A stretch of DNA of 64,000 nucleotides, taken from the NCBI RefSeq assembly GCF_035084215.1, contig NC_090335.1:47864001-47928000 (forward strand), read 5' to 3'. This DNA is from Heptranchias perlo. Lineage: Eukaryota. Below, piece after piece: positions 23,690 through 36,129 of the stretch. The notes beneath the pieces were generated by a model. That model was not told the DNA's origin, did not search any database, and worked only from the letters and a program-made list of their open reading frames with translations. Every line of letters begins with the position of its first letter. Within the stretch, counting starts at the first letter, position 1. The translations under genes and the position numbers were made by a program.

Positions 23690-25843
23690 ATATTGGGAGA
23701 GTCTGTTGGCAGGCAAAGGTACGTCTGGTAAGTGGGAGGCTTTCAAAAGTGTGTTAACCAGGGTTCAGGGTAAGCACATTCCTTATAAAGTGAAGGGCAA
23801 GGCTGGTAGAAGTAGGGAACCTTGGATAACTCGGGAGATTGAGGCACTAGTCAAAAAGAAGAAGGAGGCATATGACATGCATAGGCAGCTGGGATCAAGT
23901 GGATCCCTTGAAGAGTATAGAGATTGCCGGAATAGAGTTAAGAGAGAAATCAGGAGGGCAAAAAGGGGATATGAGATTGCTTTGGCAGATCAGGCAAAGG
24001 TGAATCCAAAGAGCTTCTACAAATACATAAAGGGCAAAAGGGTAACTAGGGAGAGAGTAGGGCCTCTTAAGGATCAACAAGGTCATCTATGTGCGGAACC
24101 ACAAGAGATGGGTGAGATCCTGAATGAATATTTCACATCGGTATTTACGGTTGAGAAAGGCATGGATGTTAGGGAACTTGGGGAAATAAATAGTGATGTC
24201 TTGAGGAGTGTACATATTACAGAGAGGGAGGTGCTGGAAGTCTTAACGCGCATCAAGGTAGATAAATCTCCGGGACCTGATGAAATGTATCCCAGGACGT
24301 TATGGGAGGTTAGGGAGGAAATTGCGGGTCCCCTAGCAGAGATATTTGAATCATCCACCGCTACAGGTGAGGTGCCTGAAGATTGGAGGGTAGCAAATGT
24401 TGTGCCTTTGTTTAAGAAGGGCGGCAGGGAAAAGCCTGGGAACTACAGACCAGTGAGCCTGACATCTGTAGTGGGTAAGTTGTTAGAGGGTATTCTGAGG
24501 GACAGGATCGACAGGCATTTGGAGAGGCAGGGACTAATTAGGAACAGTCAGCATGGTTTTGTGAGAGGAAAATCATGTCTCACGAATTTGATTGAGTTTT
24601 TTGAAGGGGTAACCAAGAAGATAGATGAGGGCTGTGCAGTCGACGTGGTCTACATGGACTTCAGCAAAGCATTTGACAAGGTACCGCATGGTAGGTTGAT
24701 ACATAAGGTTAAATCTCATGGGATCCAAGGTGAGGTAGCCAATTGGATACAAAATTGGCTTGACGACAGAAGACAGAGGGTGGTTGTAGAGGGTTGTTTT
24801 TCAAACTGGATGCCTGTGTCCAGCGGTGTGCCTCAGGGATCGGTGCTGGGTCCGCTGTTATTTGTTATTTATATTAATGATTTGGATGAGAATTTAGGAG
24901 GCATGGTTAGTAAGTTTGCAGATGACACCAAGATTGGTGGCATTGTGGACAGTGAAGAAGGTTATTTAGGATTGCAACGGGATCTTGATCAATTGGGCCA
25001 GTGGGCCGATGAATGGCAGATGGAGTTTAATTTAGATAAATGTGAGGTGATGCATTTTGGTAGATCAAATCGGGCCAGGACCTACTCCGTTAATGGTAGG
25101 GCGTTGGGGAGAGTTATAGAACAAAGAGATCTAGGAGTACAGATTCATAGCTCCTTGAAAGTGGAGTCACAGGTGGATAGGGTGGTGAAGAAGGCATTCG
25201 GCATGCTTGGTTTCATTGGTCAGAACATTGAATGCAGGAGTTGGGATGTCTTGTTGAAGTTGTACAGGGCATTGGTGAGGCCACACTTGGAGTACTGTGT
25301 ACAGTTCTGGTCACCCTATTATAGAAAGGATATTATTAAACTAGAAAGAGTGCAGAAAAGATTTACTAGGATGCTACCGGGACTTGATGGTTTGACTTAC
25401 AGGGAGAGGTTAGACAGACTGGGACTTTTTTCCCTGGAGAGTAGGAGGTTAAGGGGTGATCTTATAGAAGTCTATAAAATAATGAGGGGCATAGATAAGG
25501 TCGATAGTCAAAATCTTTTCCCAAAGGTAGGGGAGTCTATAACGAGGGGGCATAGATTTAAGGTGAGAGGGGAGAGATACAAAAGGGTCCAGAGGGGCAA
25601 TTTTTTCACTCAAAGGGTGGTGAGTGTCTGGAACGAGCTGCCAGAGGCAGTAGTAGAGGCGGGTACAATTTTGTCTTTTAAAAAGCATTTGGACAGTTAC
25701 ATGGGTAAGATGGGTATAGAGGGATATGGGCCAAGTGCAGGCAATTGGGACTAGCTTAGTGTTATAAACTGGGCGACATGGACATGTTGGGCCGAAGGGC
25801 CTGTTTCCATGTTGTAACTTCTATGATTCTATGATTCTATGAT
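23690..25843 (+). mobile_element. Young 5'-truncated CR1 LINE with an uninterrupted 682-aa ORF2 portion
   Basis: KSPGPDEM, PGNYRPVSLTS, QHGF, DFSKAFDKVPH, GVPQGSVLGP, KFADDTK. (CTATGATT)n tail. Splits a SINE S1 copy. Confidence 0.95.
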
Positions 25844-27149
25844 TTCACAATCCAGTGAGCCTGGCTGGAAAGTGGGCAATGGGGTGAGGGCATGACCTGG
25901 CTTGGCTGCAGTCAAATAGCCTGTCAACATTCATTGTCTAGGCTCACACTTGATCAGTGGGCCACTAGAGTGAGGTACATCAGGTAGCTGGTGTTGGTAG
26001 ACCCTTTACCCCAACATGAACTTCAAGGGTTGGGGGGAGTAGAATAATGGGGAGGGGAAAGAAATCAGGAATTGGGATCACTGGCATAAAAAGAGTTTAT
26101 GGATGTATATTATCATCACCTTTGCAGATGCACAGATGGATTGCACATTTTAGAGCTGCTGTATGAAACTGCTGTTTATCTCCACTTGACCAAATTGATT
26201 TTAAAATCCATTGAAATTTGTAACCAGCTGGAATGTATACAACAGAATGAGGCCTCTGTGGTCACTTTACAATTATTTTGAAATCCTGCTTTTCTAAGCT
26301 CATTAAAGGCTGTTTTCGGGTTAGACAATCAGCCCAGTGTTGTTTCACAAGATGATTTGAAAACCTTTTAATTTATTTGTATTTCAGATTGCTAAATAAA
26401 TAGGTCAAGGAATCAGTGCCATTGTCAGTGTATGTAGAGATTCACTGTAAAAGATAAAAATTTGTTTAAAATGATCATCCCAGTTGGTAGCATTTCCCAT
26501 GGTGATTTGTACTATACCCAGTGTCCCAACGTGGGCAGAAAAGGCTCTGTCACTCAAGTGCCAATTCTAACCTCACTGCATTGGACAAAATGTTGAAATA
26601 TAAAAGTATCCACTCAGCCGAGTTAGGTGGATATTTCCACTAGCTGCATCAAAATGAAAGTAGGCAGTGGAGTCATCAAAGAGGCATTTTCCTGTGTAAG
26701 TTTTGCAGTATCTATGCAGCCATGTCTTTTTTAAACCAATTCAGAGGCACAGACAGAGCTGTACAACAAAATACCCATCCAGTGAGGCCAGAGCTGCTTT
26801 GCAGTTTCTAGACCATAAAGCACACAGTGAATGTATTCCCAATACCATGGTGGGGCTAGAAGCAGCATCTTATCTCTTAGTCTTGTTATTAGTAGCACCA
26901 ACCAACAAGAGGAAAATAAGGTAATGGGCAAGGATGATGCTTTCACTGCTGCGCTCTTAGCTTCTCTGTCACAAACATTAACTCAATTCTTTGTTGGGCT
27001 CTCAGCAACTCACTTGGAAATAGTGCATTTTATTCACTCTTATTAAAATCATGCTGTCAAAAGTATTCTTGCTATTGGTTGTTGTCGGTGGAACACTCTG
27101 AATGCCAATTTCATTGTGAGAGGAAAGGATCTCTGTCCTTCACGATTAT

Positions 27150-27402
27150 TGTAAGGAGTCTTACAACACCAGGTTATAGTCCAACAGCTTTATTTGAAAT
27201 CACAAGCTTTCGAAGGCTTCCTCCTTCATCAGGTGAGTGTGGGATTCCATAAAGGTACAGCTGTACCTTTATGGAATCCCACACTCACCTGACGAAGGAG
27301 GAAGCCTCCGAAAGCTTGTGATTTCAAATAAAGCTGTTGGACTATAACCTGGTGTTGTAAGACTCCTTACATTTGTCCACCCCAGTCCATCACCAGCATC
27401 TC
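27150..27402. mobile_element. Mini PLE insertion forming a 222-bp palindrome (27150-27371) plus 3' tail
   Basis: Duplication CACGATTAT at 27141-27149 and 27403-27411. Centre GTACAG|CTGTAC. Two arm mismatches. Confidence 0.92.
27285..27321 (+). ncRNA. Minimal hammerhead ribozyme (mirror copy on - strand at 27200-27236)
   Basis: TCAC-CTGACGA-A-GGAGG(AAG)CCTCC-GAAAG-CTT-GTGA. Confidence 0.8.
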
Positions 27403-29519
27403 CACGATTATAACCTAGATAGGGTAAACATTTTAAATGAGGAGCAATAATGGATTGTGCCTGGTGCAGAGTGCCACAGACTGAGATATTCTGGACCTGA
27501 ATCCCATAGCTCACATTCACACTTGGGAATCCTCCAAAATGTGAAGCTTCTAAACTCAGCCCATTATAAGGTTCAGCACTGAGTGACTGAAGGGAGTGAA
27601 TCAGCAGGAGTTCTGTCTTGGGTTGTTCCGTAGCACCCCCTAGTGTCTGTTCACAGAGTGTTATCAAGGGTGCATGACCCTCAGTGATATAAAGGAAAGA
27701 AAACGGTGATACTGTAATACATACTTGAAAAGTTTTACAACTATTTTCTAATGATCTTTTGATCTGAAAGAAGTGAACTAGAAGTGGTTTCTAATAGTAT
27801 CACCACTTCCAGGTCTACTATTTGTGCAAAAACAGAGCAACCGTGGCAAGGGCTTTTCTGCTTCGGTGTGAATTTATCTCTTCTGGGATCTAACACAGGT
27901 TTGTCAAGAATCCAACATGCCTTCTAATCCATTTCATCACCATAAACATTAAAAATATACTATCAGCTCTTTTTAAGTGTTGACATAATTACAGGACATA
28001 AATTGCACTTCCTTGATTTAAATTTTTATATTTTTTCTAAATGACACTTTATTTATTAATCTGTGTTAATTAACCTTTTGATTATTGAATGATGTTTTCC
28101 AGTCTCGAAATGCTAAAAAATTGTGTTCAAATCTCCTTTCAAACTATTGGCTGTCTTATTTGAAATAATTTTCCACAGTTTCAACTCACAGCTTCCCCCT
28201 GCGATTTAAAGCAGTTCCAGTGCTCAGCCTTGTAACTGACAGTTAATTATTTATCTCTTGCTGGTCTGATGCAAACTTACACACCCTAGGGCTTGGGAAA
28301 CAGATACAAACCATAACTCCCTGAATGCCGACTCTAAATAAAAGATTCATGATGAGACTAATCCTTAAATTGTGCTTAAAAGTTTAAAGATTCAGTAGAT
28401 TCCCACCTCACTTCGCCCATTCCAGACAATGCTGTGTGTTTACAGAAGTAAAACCTTTTTTAGACAATAGCAAACAACATTTAATTAATGGCTGAATTGG
28501 CATCTTTTGAATTGGAAGGTTTTCAAAAGGTTTGTAATTTTATTCAGAGCTTGTGCTAATCTGGAGCTCAGGGTCTCTGGATCCTTCAATTCGTGCATTA
28601 TTATTTTAACGAGAGGAAACAACGATCCTTCAAGCACTGAGTCCTTTGATGTAGGAGTGCCCCAGTTTATTTCAGAGAAGTCTCACGGTGAGTTCTCAGC
28701 CATGTAGACTGCTGAACATTCAAGGTGGTACTCTTGAGGATTTGGGTCAAGGGTTTCAAACTCTTGTAAATTTAAAGCTACCAAGAAACTCTGCCATTAA
28801 CACTTTGATAAGCAGGGTCGAACAGGAATATGTTAAAACAAACACAAGAACAGAAATAAGATGCAGGGCCCAATTTTGCATAGTTAGTACTGGGATCAAA
28901 CTAGATTGCCACATCGTAGCCTCAAGTTATGTGTGCACGTGGTGCAGGTGATTGTTTCCAGTACAGTGTCTTCCCGAGGAAGAGATCAGATTGACGACCA
29001 TTTTCAATGTCCATTAGTCCACTTTCCTAACAATTTGAAGGAATACTCGATGATAATCCCAGTTTGGTGCTCTATCTAAAATCAGTTTCCCATTCATAAT
29101 ACTGGTGGAAAACAATCATCTTATCTTTATGTTTGTATTAGTATTAAGAGGAAGTGCTGTTAATGTTCATTGGAAATCATTACTTTATAATTCAATTGTA
29201 AACAATTTTACAACACCAAGTTATAGTCCAGCAATTTTATTTTAAATTCACAAGCTTTCGGAGGCTTCCTCCTTCGTCAGGTGAACGATGTGAAAATGAA
29301 ATCCTCGAGATGAAATCGCATTTATAATTCACAGAACAATGCTTGGTGAGTACAGACAGTTTTTTCAACTGCCCGTTGCCAAGGCAATCAGTGTGCAGAC
29401 AGACAGGTGTTACCTGCCAGGTCTCAGAATATACAAATCACCAAAAAAAAACAACAAACAAAAAAAAAACAGAGATAGAGAGGTAGAAACATAGAAAAGA
29501 CAGCAACTGACCCGTTATA

Positions 29520-31769
29520 TTAAAAACAGATAACATTTGTTCGCTGGTGGGGTAACGTGTAGCGTGACATGAACCCAAGATCCCGGTTGAGGCCATCCTC
29601 ATGGGTGCGGAACTTGGCTATCAATTTCTGCTCGACGATTTTGCGTTGTCGTGTGTCTCGAAGGCCGCCTTGGAGTATGCTTACCCGAAGGTCGGTGGAT
29701 GAATGTCCATGACTGCTGAAGTGTTCCCCGACTGGGAGAGAACCCTCCTGTTTGGCGATTGTTGCGCGGTGTCCGTTCATCCGTTGTCGCAGCGTCTGCA
29801 TGGTCTCGCCAATGTACCATGCTCTGGGGCATCCTTTCCTGCAACGTATGAGGTAGACAACGTTGGCCGAGTCACAGGAGTATGAACCATGCACCTGGTG
29901 GGTGGTGTCCTCTCGTGTGATGGTGGTATCTGTGTCGATGATCTGGCATGTCTTGCAGAGGTTACCGTGGCAGGGTTGTGTGGTGTCGTGGACGCTGTTC
30001 TCTTGAAAGCTAGGTAATTTGCTGCGAACGATGGTCTGTTTGAGGTTGGGTGGCTGTTTAAAGGCGAGTAGTGGAGGTGTGGGGATGGCCATAGCGAGGT
30101 GTTTGTCCTCATTGATGACATGTTGAAGACTGCGGAGAACATGGCGTAGTTTCTCCGCTCCGGGGAAGTACTGGACGACAAAGGGTACTCTGTTGGTTGC
30201 GTCCCGTGTTAGTCTCCTGAGGAGGTCTATGCGATTTTTCGCTGTGGCCCGTCGGAACTGTCGATCGATGAGTCGAGCGTCATATCCCGTTCTTACGAGG
30301 GCGTCTTTCAGCGTCTGTAGGTGTCCATCGCGTTCCTCCTCGTCTGAGCAGACCCTGTGTATTCGCAGGGCCTGTCCATAGGGGATGGCCTCTTTGACGT
30401 GGTTAGGGTGGAAGCTGGAAAAGTGGGGCATCGTGAGGTTGTCCGTGGGCTTGCGGTAGAGTGAGGTGCTGAGGTGCCCGTCTTTGATGGAGATTCGTGT
30501 GTCCAAGAAAGAAACTGATGCTGAGGAGTAGTCCATGGTGAGCTTGATGGTGGGATGGAACTTGTTGATGTTATTGTGTTGTCTCTTTAGTGATTCCTCA
30601 CCGTGGGTCCATAGAAAGAAAATGTCGTCGATGTATCTGGTGTATAATGTTGGTTGGAGGTCCTGTGCAGTGAAGAAGTCCCGCTCGAACTTGTGCATGA
30701 AATTGTTGGCGTATTGGGGTGCGAATTTGGTCCCCATGGCTGTTCCGTGTGTTTGGGTAAAGAACTGGTTATCGAAGGTGAAGACAATGTGATCCAGGAT
30801 GAAGCAGATGAGTTGTAGGATGGCGTCTGGAGATTGGCTGTTGTTGGTGTTGAGTATTGATGCTGTTGCAGCGATGCCGTCATCGTGGGGGATACTGGTG
30901 TAGAGTGCCGAGACGTCCATCGTGATGAGAAGTGTTCCTGGTTCAACTGGTCCGTGGGTACTGAGTTTTTGTAGGAAGTCTGTAGTGTCGCGACAGAAGC
31001 TGGGGGTTCCCTGTACGATGGGTTTCAGGATGCCCTCGATGTATCCAGAGAGGTTCTCACACAGGGTTACGTTGCCTGATACGATAGGACGTCCGGGTGT
31101 GTTGGCTTTGTGTATCTTTGGGAGGCAGTAGAAGTCTCCCACGCGGGGAGTACGTGGGATGAGAGTGCGTAGGATGCTTTGAAGGTCTGGATCGAAGGTC
31201 TTGATCAGTTTGTTGAGCTGGTGGGTGTGTTCTTTGGTCGGATCTGCGGGTAACCGTCTGTAGTGTTCCTGGTTGTCCAGTTGTCGGTATGCTTCTTTGC
31301 AATAGTCCGTTCTGTTCTGTATGACTATGGCTCCTCCTTTGTCCGCTGGTTTGATGACGATGTTGCGGTTGGTCTTGAGAGCGTTGATGGCGTTGCGTTG
31401 TGCTCGGGTGACATTCTGGACTGTCTTCTGAGTGCGGCTGATGAATCTGGCATTGACGCATTTCCTGACAGCTTGAGCATACATGTCCAGCTGAGGGCAG
31501 CGACCCTCCGGAGGAGTCCAGTGTGACTCTTTCCTTTTCGGTTGCTGTACCGCGGATCCCTCTGTCTGCTGTTCCAGATCGTTGATTGTCTCATTGGGTT
31601 CGCTGCTGAAATCTTGGGGTTTGTGGTAGAATTCCCGGAGCCTCATTCTCCTGATGAATTCCTCTGTGTCTGCCGCGAGACTAGTGGGGTCCATTTTGGT
31701 AGTGGGGCAGAAATTGAGCCCTCGTCTGAGAACTTCGATTTCGTCTGGTTGAAGGGTGTGGTCAGACAA
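29520..31769 (-). CDS. PLE RT + GIY-YIG ORF, open (749 aa) but 5'-truncated
   Basis: Same motif set as element A. Confidence 0.9.
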   Translation of the reverse strand: MSDHTLQPDEIEVLRRGLNFCPTTKMDPTSLAADTEEFIRRMRLREFYHKPQDFSSEPNETINDLEQQTEGSAVQQPKRKESHWTPPEGRCPQLDMYAQAVRKCVNARFISRTQKTVQNVTRAQRNAINALKTNRNIVIKPADKGGAIVIQNRTDYCKEAYRQLDNQEHYRRLPADPTKEHTHQLNKLIKTFDPDLQSILRTLIPRTPRVGDFYCLPKIHKANTPGRPIVSGNVTLCENLSGYIEGILKPIVQGTPSFCRDTTDFLQKLSTHGPVEPGTLLITMDVSALYTSIPHDDGIAATASILNTNNSQSPDAILQLICFILDHIVFTFDNQFFTQTHGTAMGTKFAPQYANNFMHKFERDFFTAQDLQPTLYTRYIDDIFFLWTHGEESLKRQHNNINKFHPTIKLTMDYSSASVSFLDTRISIKDGHLSTSLYRKPTDNLTMPHFSSFHPNHVKEAIPYGQALRIHRVCSDEEERDGHLQTLKDALVRTGYDARLIDRQFRRATAKNRIDLLRRLTRDATNRVPFVVQYFPGAEKLRHVLRSLQHVINEDKHLAMAIPTPPLLAFKQPPNLKQTIVRSKLPSFQENSVHDTTQPCHGNLCKTCQIIDTDTTITREDTTHQVHGSYSCDSANVVYLIRCRKGCPRAWYIGETMQTLRQRMNGHRATIAKQEGSLPVGEHFSSHGHSSTDLRVSILQGGLRDTRQRKIVEQKLIAKFRTHEDGLNRDLGFMSRYTLPHQRTNVICF

Positions 31770-31798
31770 GTTCCGTTGCCTCGTCTGTCTGGCGGTAC

Positions 31799-34153
31799 AT
31801 GAAAACCAAGAGCAGGAAGCTTGAGAAACTCGGCATCACCACCAGCATCGACCAAGCTTCCCCTGGTACCACGGTTGCAACCACAGGGAAGTCTATCGTC
31901 AATTTGTCCGACCACACCCTTCAACCAGACGAAATCGAAGTTCTCAGCCGAGGGCTCAATTTCTGCCCCACTACCAAAATGGACCCCACTAGTCTTGCGG
32001 CGGACACAGAGGAATTCATCAGGAGAATGAGGCTCCGGGAATACTTCCACAAACCCCAAGATTTCAGCAGCGAACCCAATGAGACAATCAACGATCCGGA
32101 ACAGCAGACAGAGGGATCCGCGGTACAGCAACCGAAGAGGAAAGAGTCACACTGGACTCCTCCGGAGGGTCGCTGCCCTCAGCTGGACATGTATGCTCAA
32201 GCTGTCAGGAAATGCGTCAATGCCAGATTCATCAGCCGCACTCAGAAGACAGTCCAGAATGTCACCCGAGCACAACGCAACGCCATCAACGCTCTCAAGA
32301 CCAACCGCAACATCGTCATCAAACCAGCGGACAAAGGAGGAGCCATAGTCATACAGAACAGAACGGACTATTGCAAAGAAGCATACCGACAACTGGACAA
32401 CTAGGAACACTACAGACGGTTACCCGCAGATCCGACCAAAGAACACACCCACCAGCTCAACAAACTGATCAAGGCCTTCGATCCAGACCTTCAAAGCATC
32501 CTACGCACTCTCATCCCACGTACTCCCCGCGTGGGAGACTTCTACTGCCTCCCAAAGATACACAAAGCTAACACACCCGGACGTCCTATCGTATCAGGCA
32601 ACGTAACCCTGTGTGAGAACCTCTCTGGATACATCGAGGGCATCCTGAAACCCATCGTACAGGGAACCCCCAGCTTCTGTCGCGACACTACAGACTTCCT
32701 ACAAAAACTCAGTACCCACGGACCAGTTGAACCAGGAACACTTCTCACCACGATGGACGTCTCAGCACTCTACACCAGTATCCCCCACGATGACGGCATC
32801 GCTGCGACAGTATCAATACTCAACACCAACAACAGCCAATCTCCAGACGCCATCCTACAACTCATCCGCTTCATCCTGGATCACAATGTCTTCACCTTCG
32901 ATAACCAGTTCTTCACCCAAACACACGGAACAGCCATGGGGACCAAATTCGCACCCCAATGCGCCAACATTTTCATGCACAAGTTCGAGCAGGACTTCTT
33001 CACTGCACAGGACCTCTAACCAACACTATACACCAGATACATCGACGACATTTTCTTTCTATGGACCCACGGCGAGGAATCACTAAAGAGACAACACGAT
33101 AACATCAACAAGTTCCATCCCACCATCAAGCTCACCATGGACTACTCCTCAGAATCAGTTTCTTTCTTGGACACACGAATCTCCATCAAAGACGGGCACC
33201 TCAGCACCTCACTCTACCGCAAGCCCACGGACAACCTCACGATGCTCCACTTTTCCAGCTTCCACCCTAACCACGTCAAAGAGGCCATCCCCTATGGACA
33301 GGCCCTGCGAATGCACAGGGTCTGCTCAGACGAGGAGGAACGCGATGGACACCTACAGACGCTGAAAGACGTCCTAGTAAGAACGGGATATGACGCTCGA
33401 CTCATCGATCGACAGTTCCGACGGGCCACAGCGAAAAATCGCATAGACCTCCTCAGGAGACTAACATGGGACGCAACCAACAGAGTACCCTTTGTCGTCC
33501 AGTACTTCCCCGGAGCGGAGAAACTACGCCATGTTCTCCGCAGCCTTCAACATGTCATCAATGACGACGAACACCTCGCTATGGCCATCCCCACACCTCC
33601 ACTACTCGCCTTTAAACAGCCACCCAACCTCAAACAGACCATCGTTCGCAGCAAAATACCTAACTTTCAGGAGAACAGCGTCCACGACACCACACAACCC
33701 TGCCACGGTAACCTCTGCAAGACATGCCAGATCATCGACACAGATACCACCATCACACGAGAGGACACCACCCACCAGGTGCATGGTTCATACTCCTGTG
33801 ACTCGGCCAACGTTGTCTACCTCATACGTTGCAGGAAAGGATGCCCCAGAGCATGGTACATTGGCGAGACCATGCAGACGCTGCGACAACGGATGAACGG
33901 ACACCGCGCAACAATCACCAAACAGGAGGGTTCCCTCCCAGTCGGGGAACACTTCAGCAGTCAAGGACATTCAGCCACTGACCTTCGGGTAAGCGTACTC
34001 CAAGGCGGCCTTCGAGACACATGACAACGCAAAATCGTCGAGCAGAAATTGATAGCCAAGTTCCGCACCCATGAGGACGGCCTCAACCGGGATCTTGGGT
34101 TCATGTCACGCTACACGTTACCCCACCAGCGAACAAATGTTATCTGTTTTTAA
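31799..34153 (+). pseudogene. PLE B right-arm ORF with three nonsense mutations
   Basis: CAG>TAG (32402), CAA>TAA (33017) and CGA>TGA (34022) relative to the other copies. Confidence 0.9.
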
Positions 34154-34369
34154 TATAACGGGTCAGTTGCTGTCTTTTCTATGTTTCTACCTCTCTATCT
34201 CTGGTTTTTTTTTGGTGATTTATATATTCGGAGACCTTGTAGGTAACACCTGTCTGTCTGCACACTGATTGCCTTGGCAACGGGCAGTTGAAAAAACTGT
34301 CTGTAATCACCAAGCATTGTTCTGTGATTTATAAATGCGATTTCATTTCGAGGATTTCATTTCCACAAC

Positions 34370-34410
34370 ATTCACCTGAGGAAGGAGGAAGCTTCCGAAA
34401 GCTTGTGAAT
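34370..34410 (+). ncRNA. Minimal hammerhead ribozyme of PLE B (counterpart on - strand at 29247-29285)
   Basis: ATTCAC-CTGAGGA-A-GGAGG(AAG)CTTCC-GAAAG-CTT-GTGAAT. Confidence 0.78.
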
Positions 34411-36129
34411 TTAAAATAAAATTGCTGGACTATAACTTGGTGTTGTAAAATTGTTTACAATTGTCAACCCCAGTCCATCACCAGCATCTCCACATCAGGT
34501 ATATGAAATGTTTGTATTATATCCGGTACATTGTCAAAAACAACCAGAAATGCAGTTATAGATTTTGTCCTTCTGAATGTGGATCGTGTCCCAAGAGAGT
34601 ATTTTGAGCTATGTAGCACCAGAGTGAAGTAATGATGGTTACAGTATCGCAGTAGAAGTATTGGCACAATAGTAAAGTGTATTGGCTTGAAAGCAATTTT
34701 CGTATAGCATATTGATATCACTGTGCTAAGTGAATCTGGTGACAACACTCGTATGACAACTCAAGTGGAGTTAGCACTTTGTGTGGGCTGGTTAGGAATG
34801 TTGCGGAAGGTGATCCCTTCGGAGAGCACAATGTACTCTGGTCTCTGCTTGCAGTATTCTAAAAAAGATTCATGCATCCAAAAAAGTCTCTTACTCTAAC
34901 ATAAAGAGCTATCTATTGAAGTATTTGGGTCAGTGTCATTCTTTGTCTGATTACGCTCCTGTGAAGCACCTTGGGATGTTTTACTATTTTAATGTCGCTA
35001 TATAAATGCAAGTTGTTGTAACATTTATTAATATAAATAGTGTATATCTGTATCAATTCAAATAATTTATATTTCAAGTTCGCTATTTACAAAATGTACT
35101 TAATGTAAATAAAATCTTTGTTCAATTTATGTAATTTTATATCATTATTGTACTTCAATGTATGAATAATTATCAAAATATATTTACATATATAATTGCA
35201 TACAGTGACATTTATATATAATTACATACATATCATCTGGTTTACTGTGAGCAATGCCACAGAAGATCCACCAGTATTAATAGTACTTTGTCCTTGATGA
35301 CCAGTTACGAGCCGTATGAAATAAATTAAAGTTGATTGAAGTGAGCACCTAATGTGCATGTGGGAGCTCTTGCCTGTTTCCAACTATTCTGCTCATCATC
35401 ATGCAGAATGAAGACAAGCCACAGAAGAAATACAGGGGGAAAAAAACTCTCATACACTCAGATTAAGCAATGGAGCACAATGGTGATATAATTGGATTTT
35501 TCTTGGTTACAATACATTTTCATACATTAAGTTGTATTCATGGTATACAGTATACAAGGTACAATGTTGTAGACAGTAAATTCTCCTTGTGAATGACCCT
35601 AGGAATTGACTCTGGGGAAAAGTGACACTGTTAGAACGCATTGCCGCACTTACGTGCAGAGCCAATAAACGGGGTTTTGGTTGTGATACCAAAGCTTTAT
35701 GAGTTACACCAGTCAGATAGGATAAGTTTTTTCTTCCTGCATGGTACTTATGTTATGTGGGGAATATTGCTAGAATGTTGACCAGCTTTTGGCAGTATGC
35801 TAGGGATGTAGGCCAGATTTTTTTTTAAAATCCCTTGGTTTTGTCTCAGTGAGTCTATGTGATTTTATCAGTCTGGACTAGTTTCAGTAGTGCGTCAACC
35901 CACATTGACTGCCTGGGGATTGGATACTCATGCTGCTACTTCTGTGCATTGCACCAGCTGGTTCAGAAAATCTTAGGATCAAGTCAGGCTCTTAGAAATT
36001 GTGAACACCACAAATGGTTTCTGCCTTGTGAATTGGAGTAAGTTAAACTTGTAGGCGCTCATTGTATGCAATCAAGTTTATTGGTTGCTCTGATATGCAA
36101 TATCTGACTGCAGCTAGAAGGAAAACCAG

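Larger units (their letters stand above)
29193..34497. mobile_element. Penelope-like element B: head-to-head inverted double insertion (~2.6-kb arms)
   Basis: Left arm (-) 29193-31797 lacks the tail. Right arm (+) 31796-34497 ends CTCCACATCA. No TSD found. Confidence 0.95.

Noticed and set aside
15169-34268. Many short ORFs repeated on both strands (e.g. MSSSTSPERR, MVASRVSLL)
   Set aside because: These are alternative-frame or antisense shadows of the PLE ORF, duplicated by the inverted arms.
15026-34497. Palindromes as fold-back read or assembly artefacts
   Set aside because: TSDs enclose three of the four doubles, the arms have asymmetric ends and deletions, and B's arms differ at many sites. 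An artefact is unlikely, though read support was not checked.
29170-34520. TSD for PLE B
   Set aside because: The flanks (..TACTTTATAATT and GGTATATGAAATG..) share no duplication. A target deletion is possible but unproven.
34464-34748. Hydrophobic minus-strand ORF as a GPCR fragment
   Set aside because: No recognisable 7TM motifs, and no continuation on the other side of PLE B.
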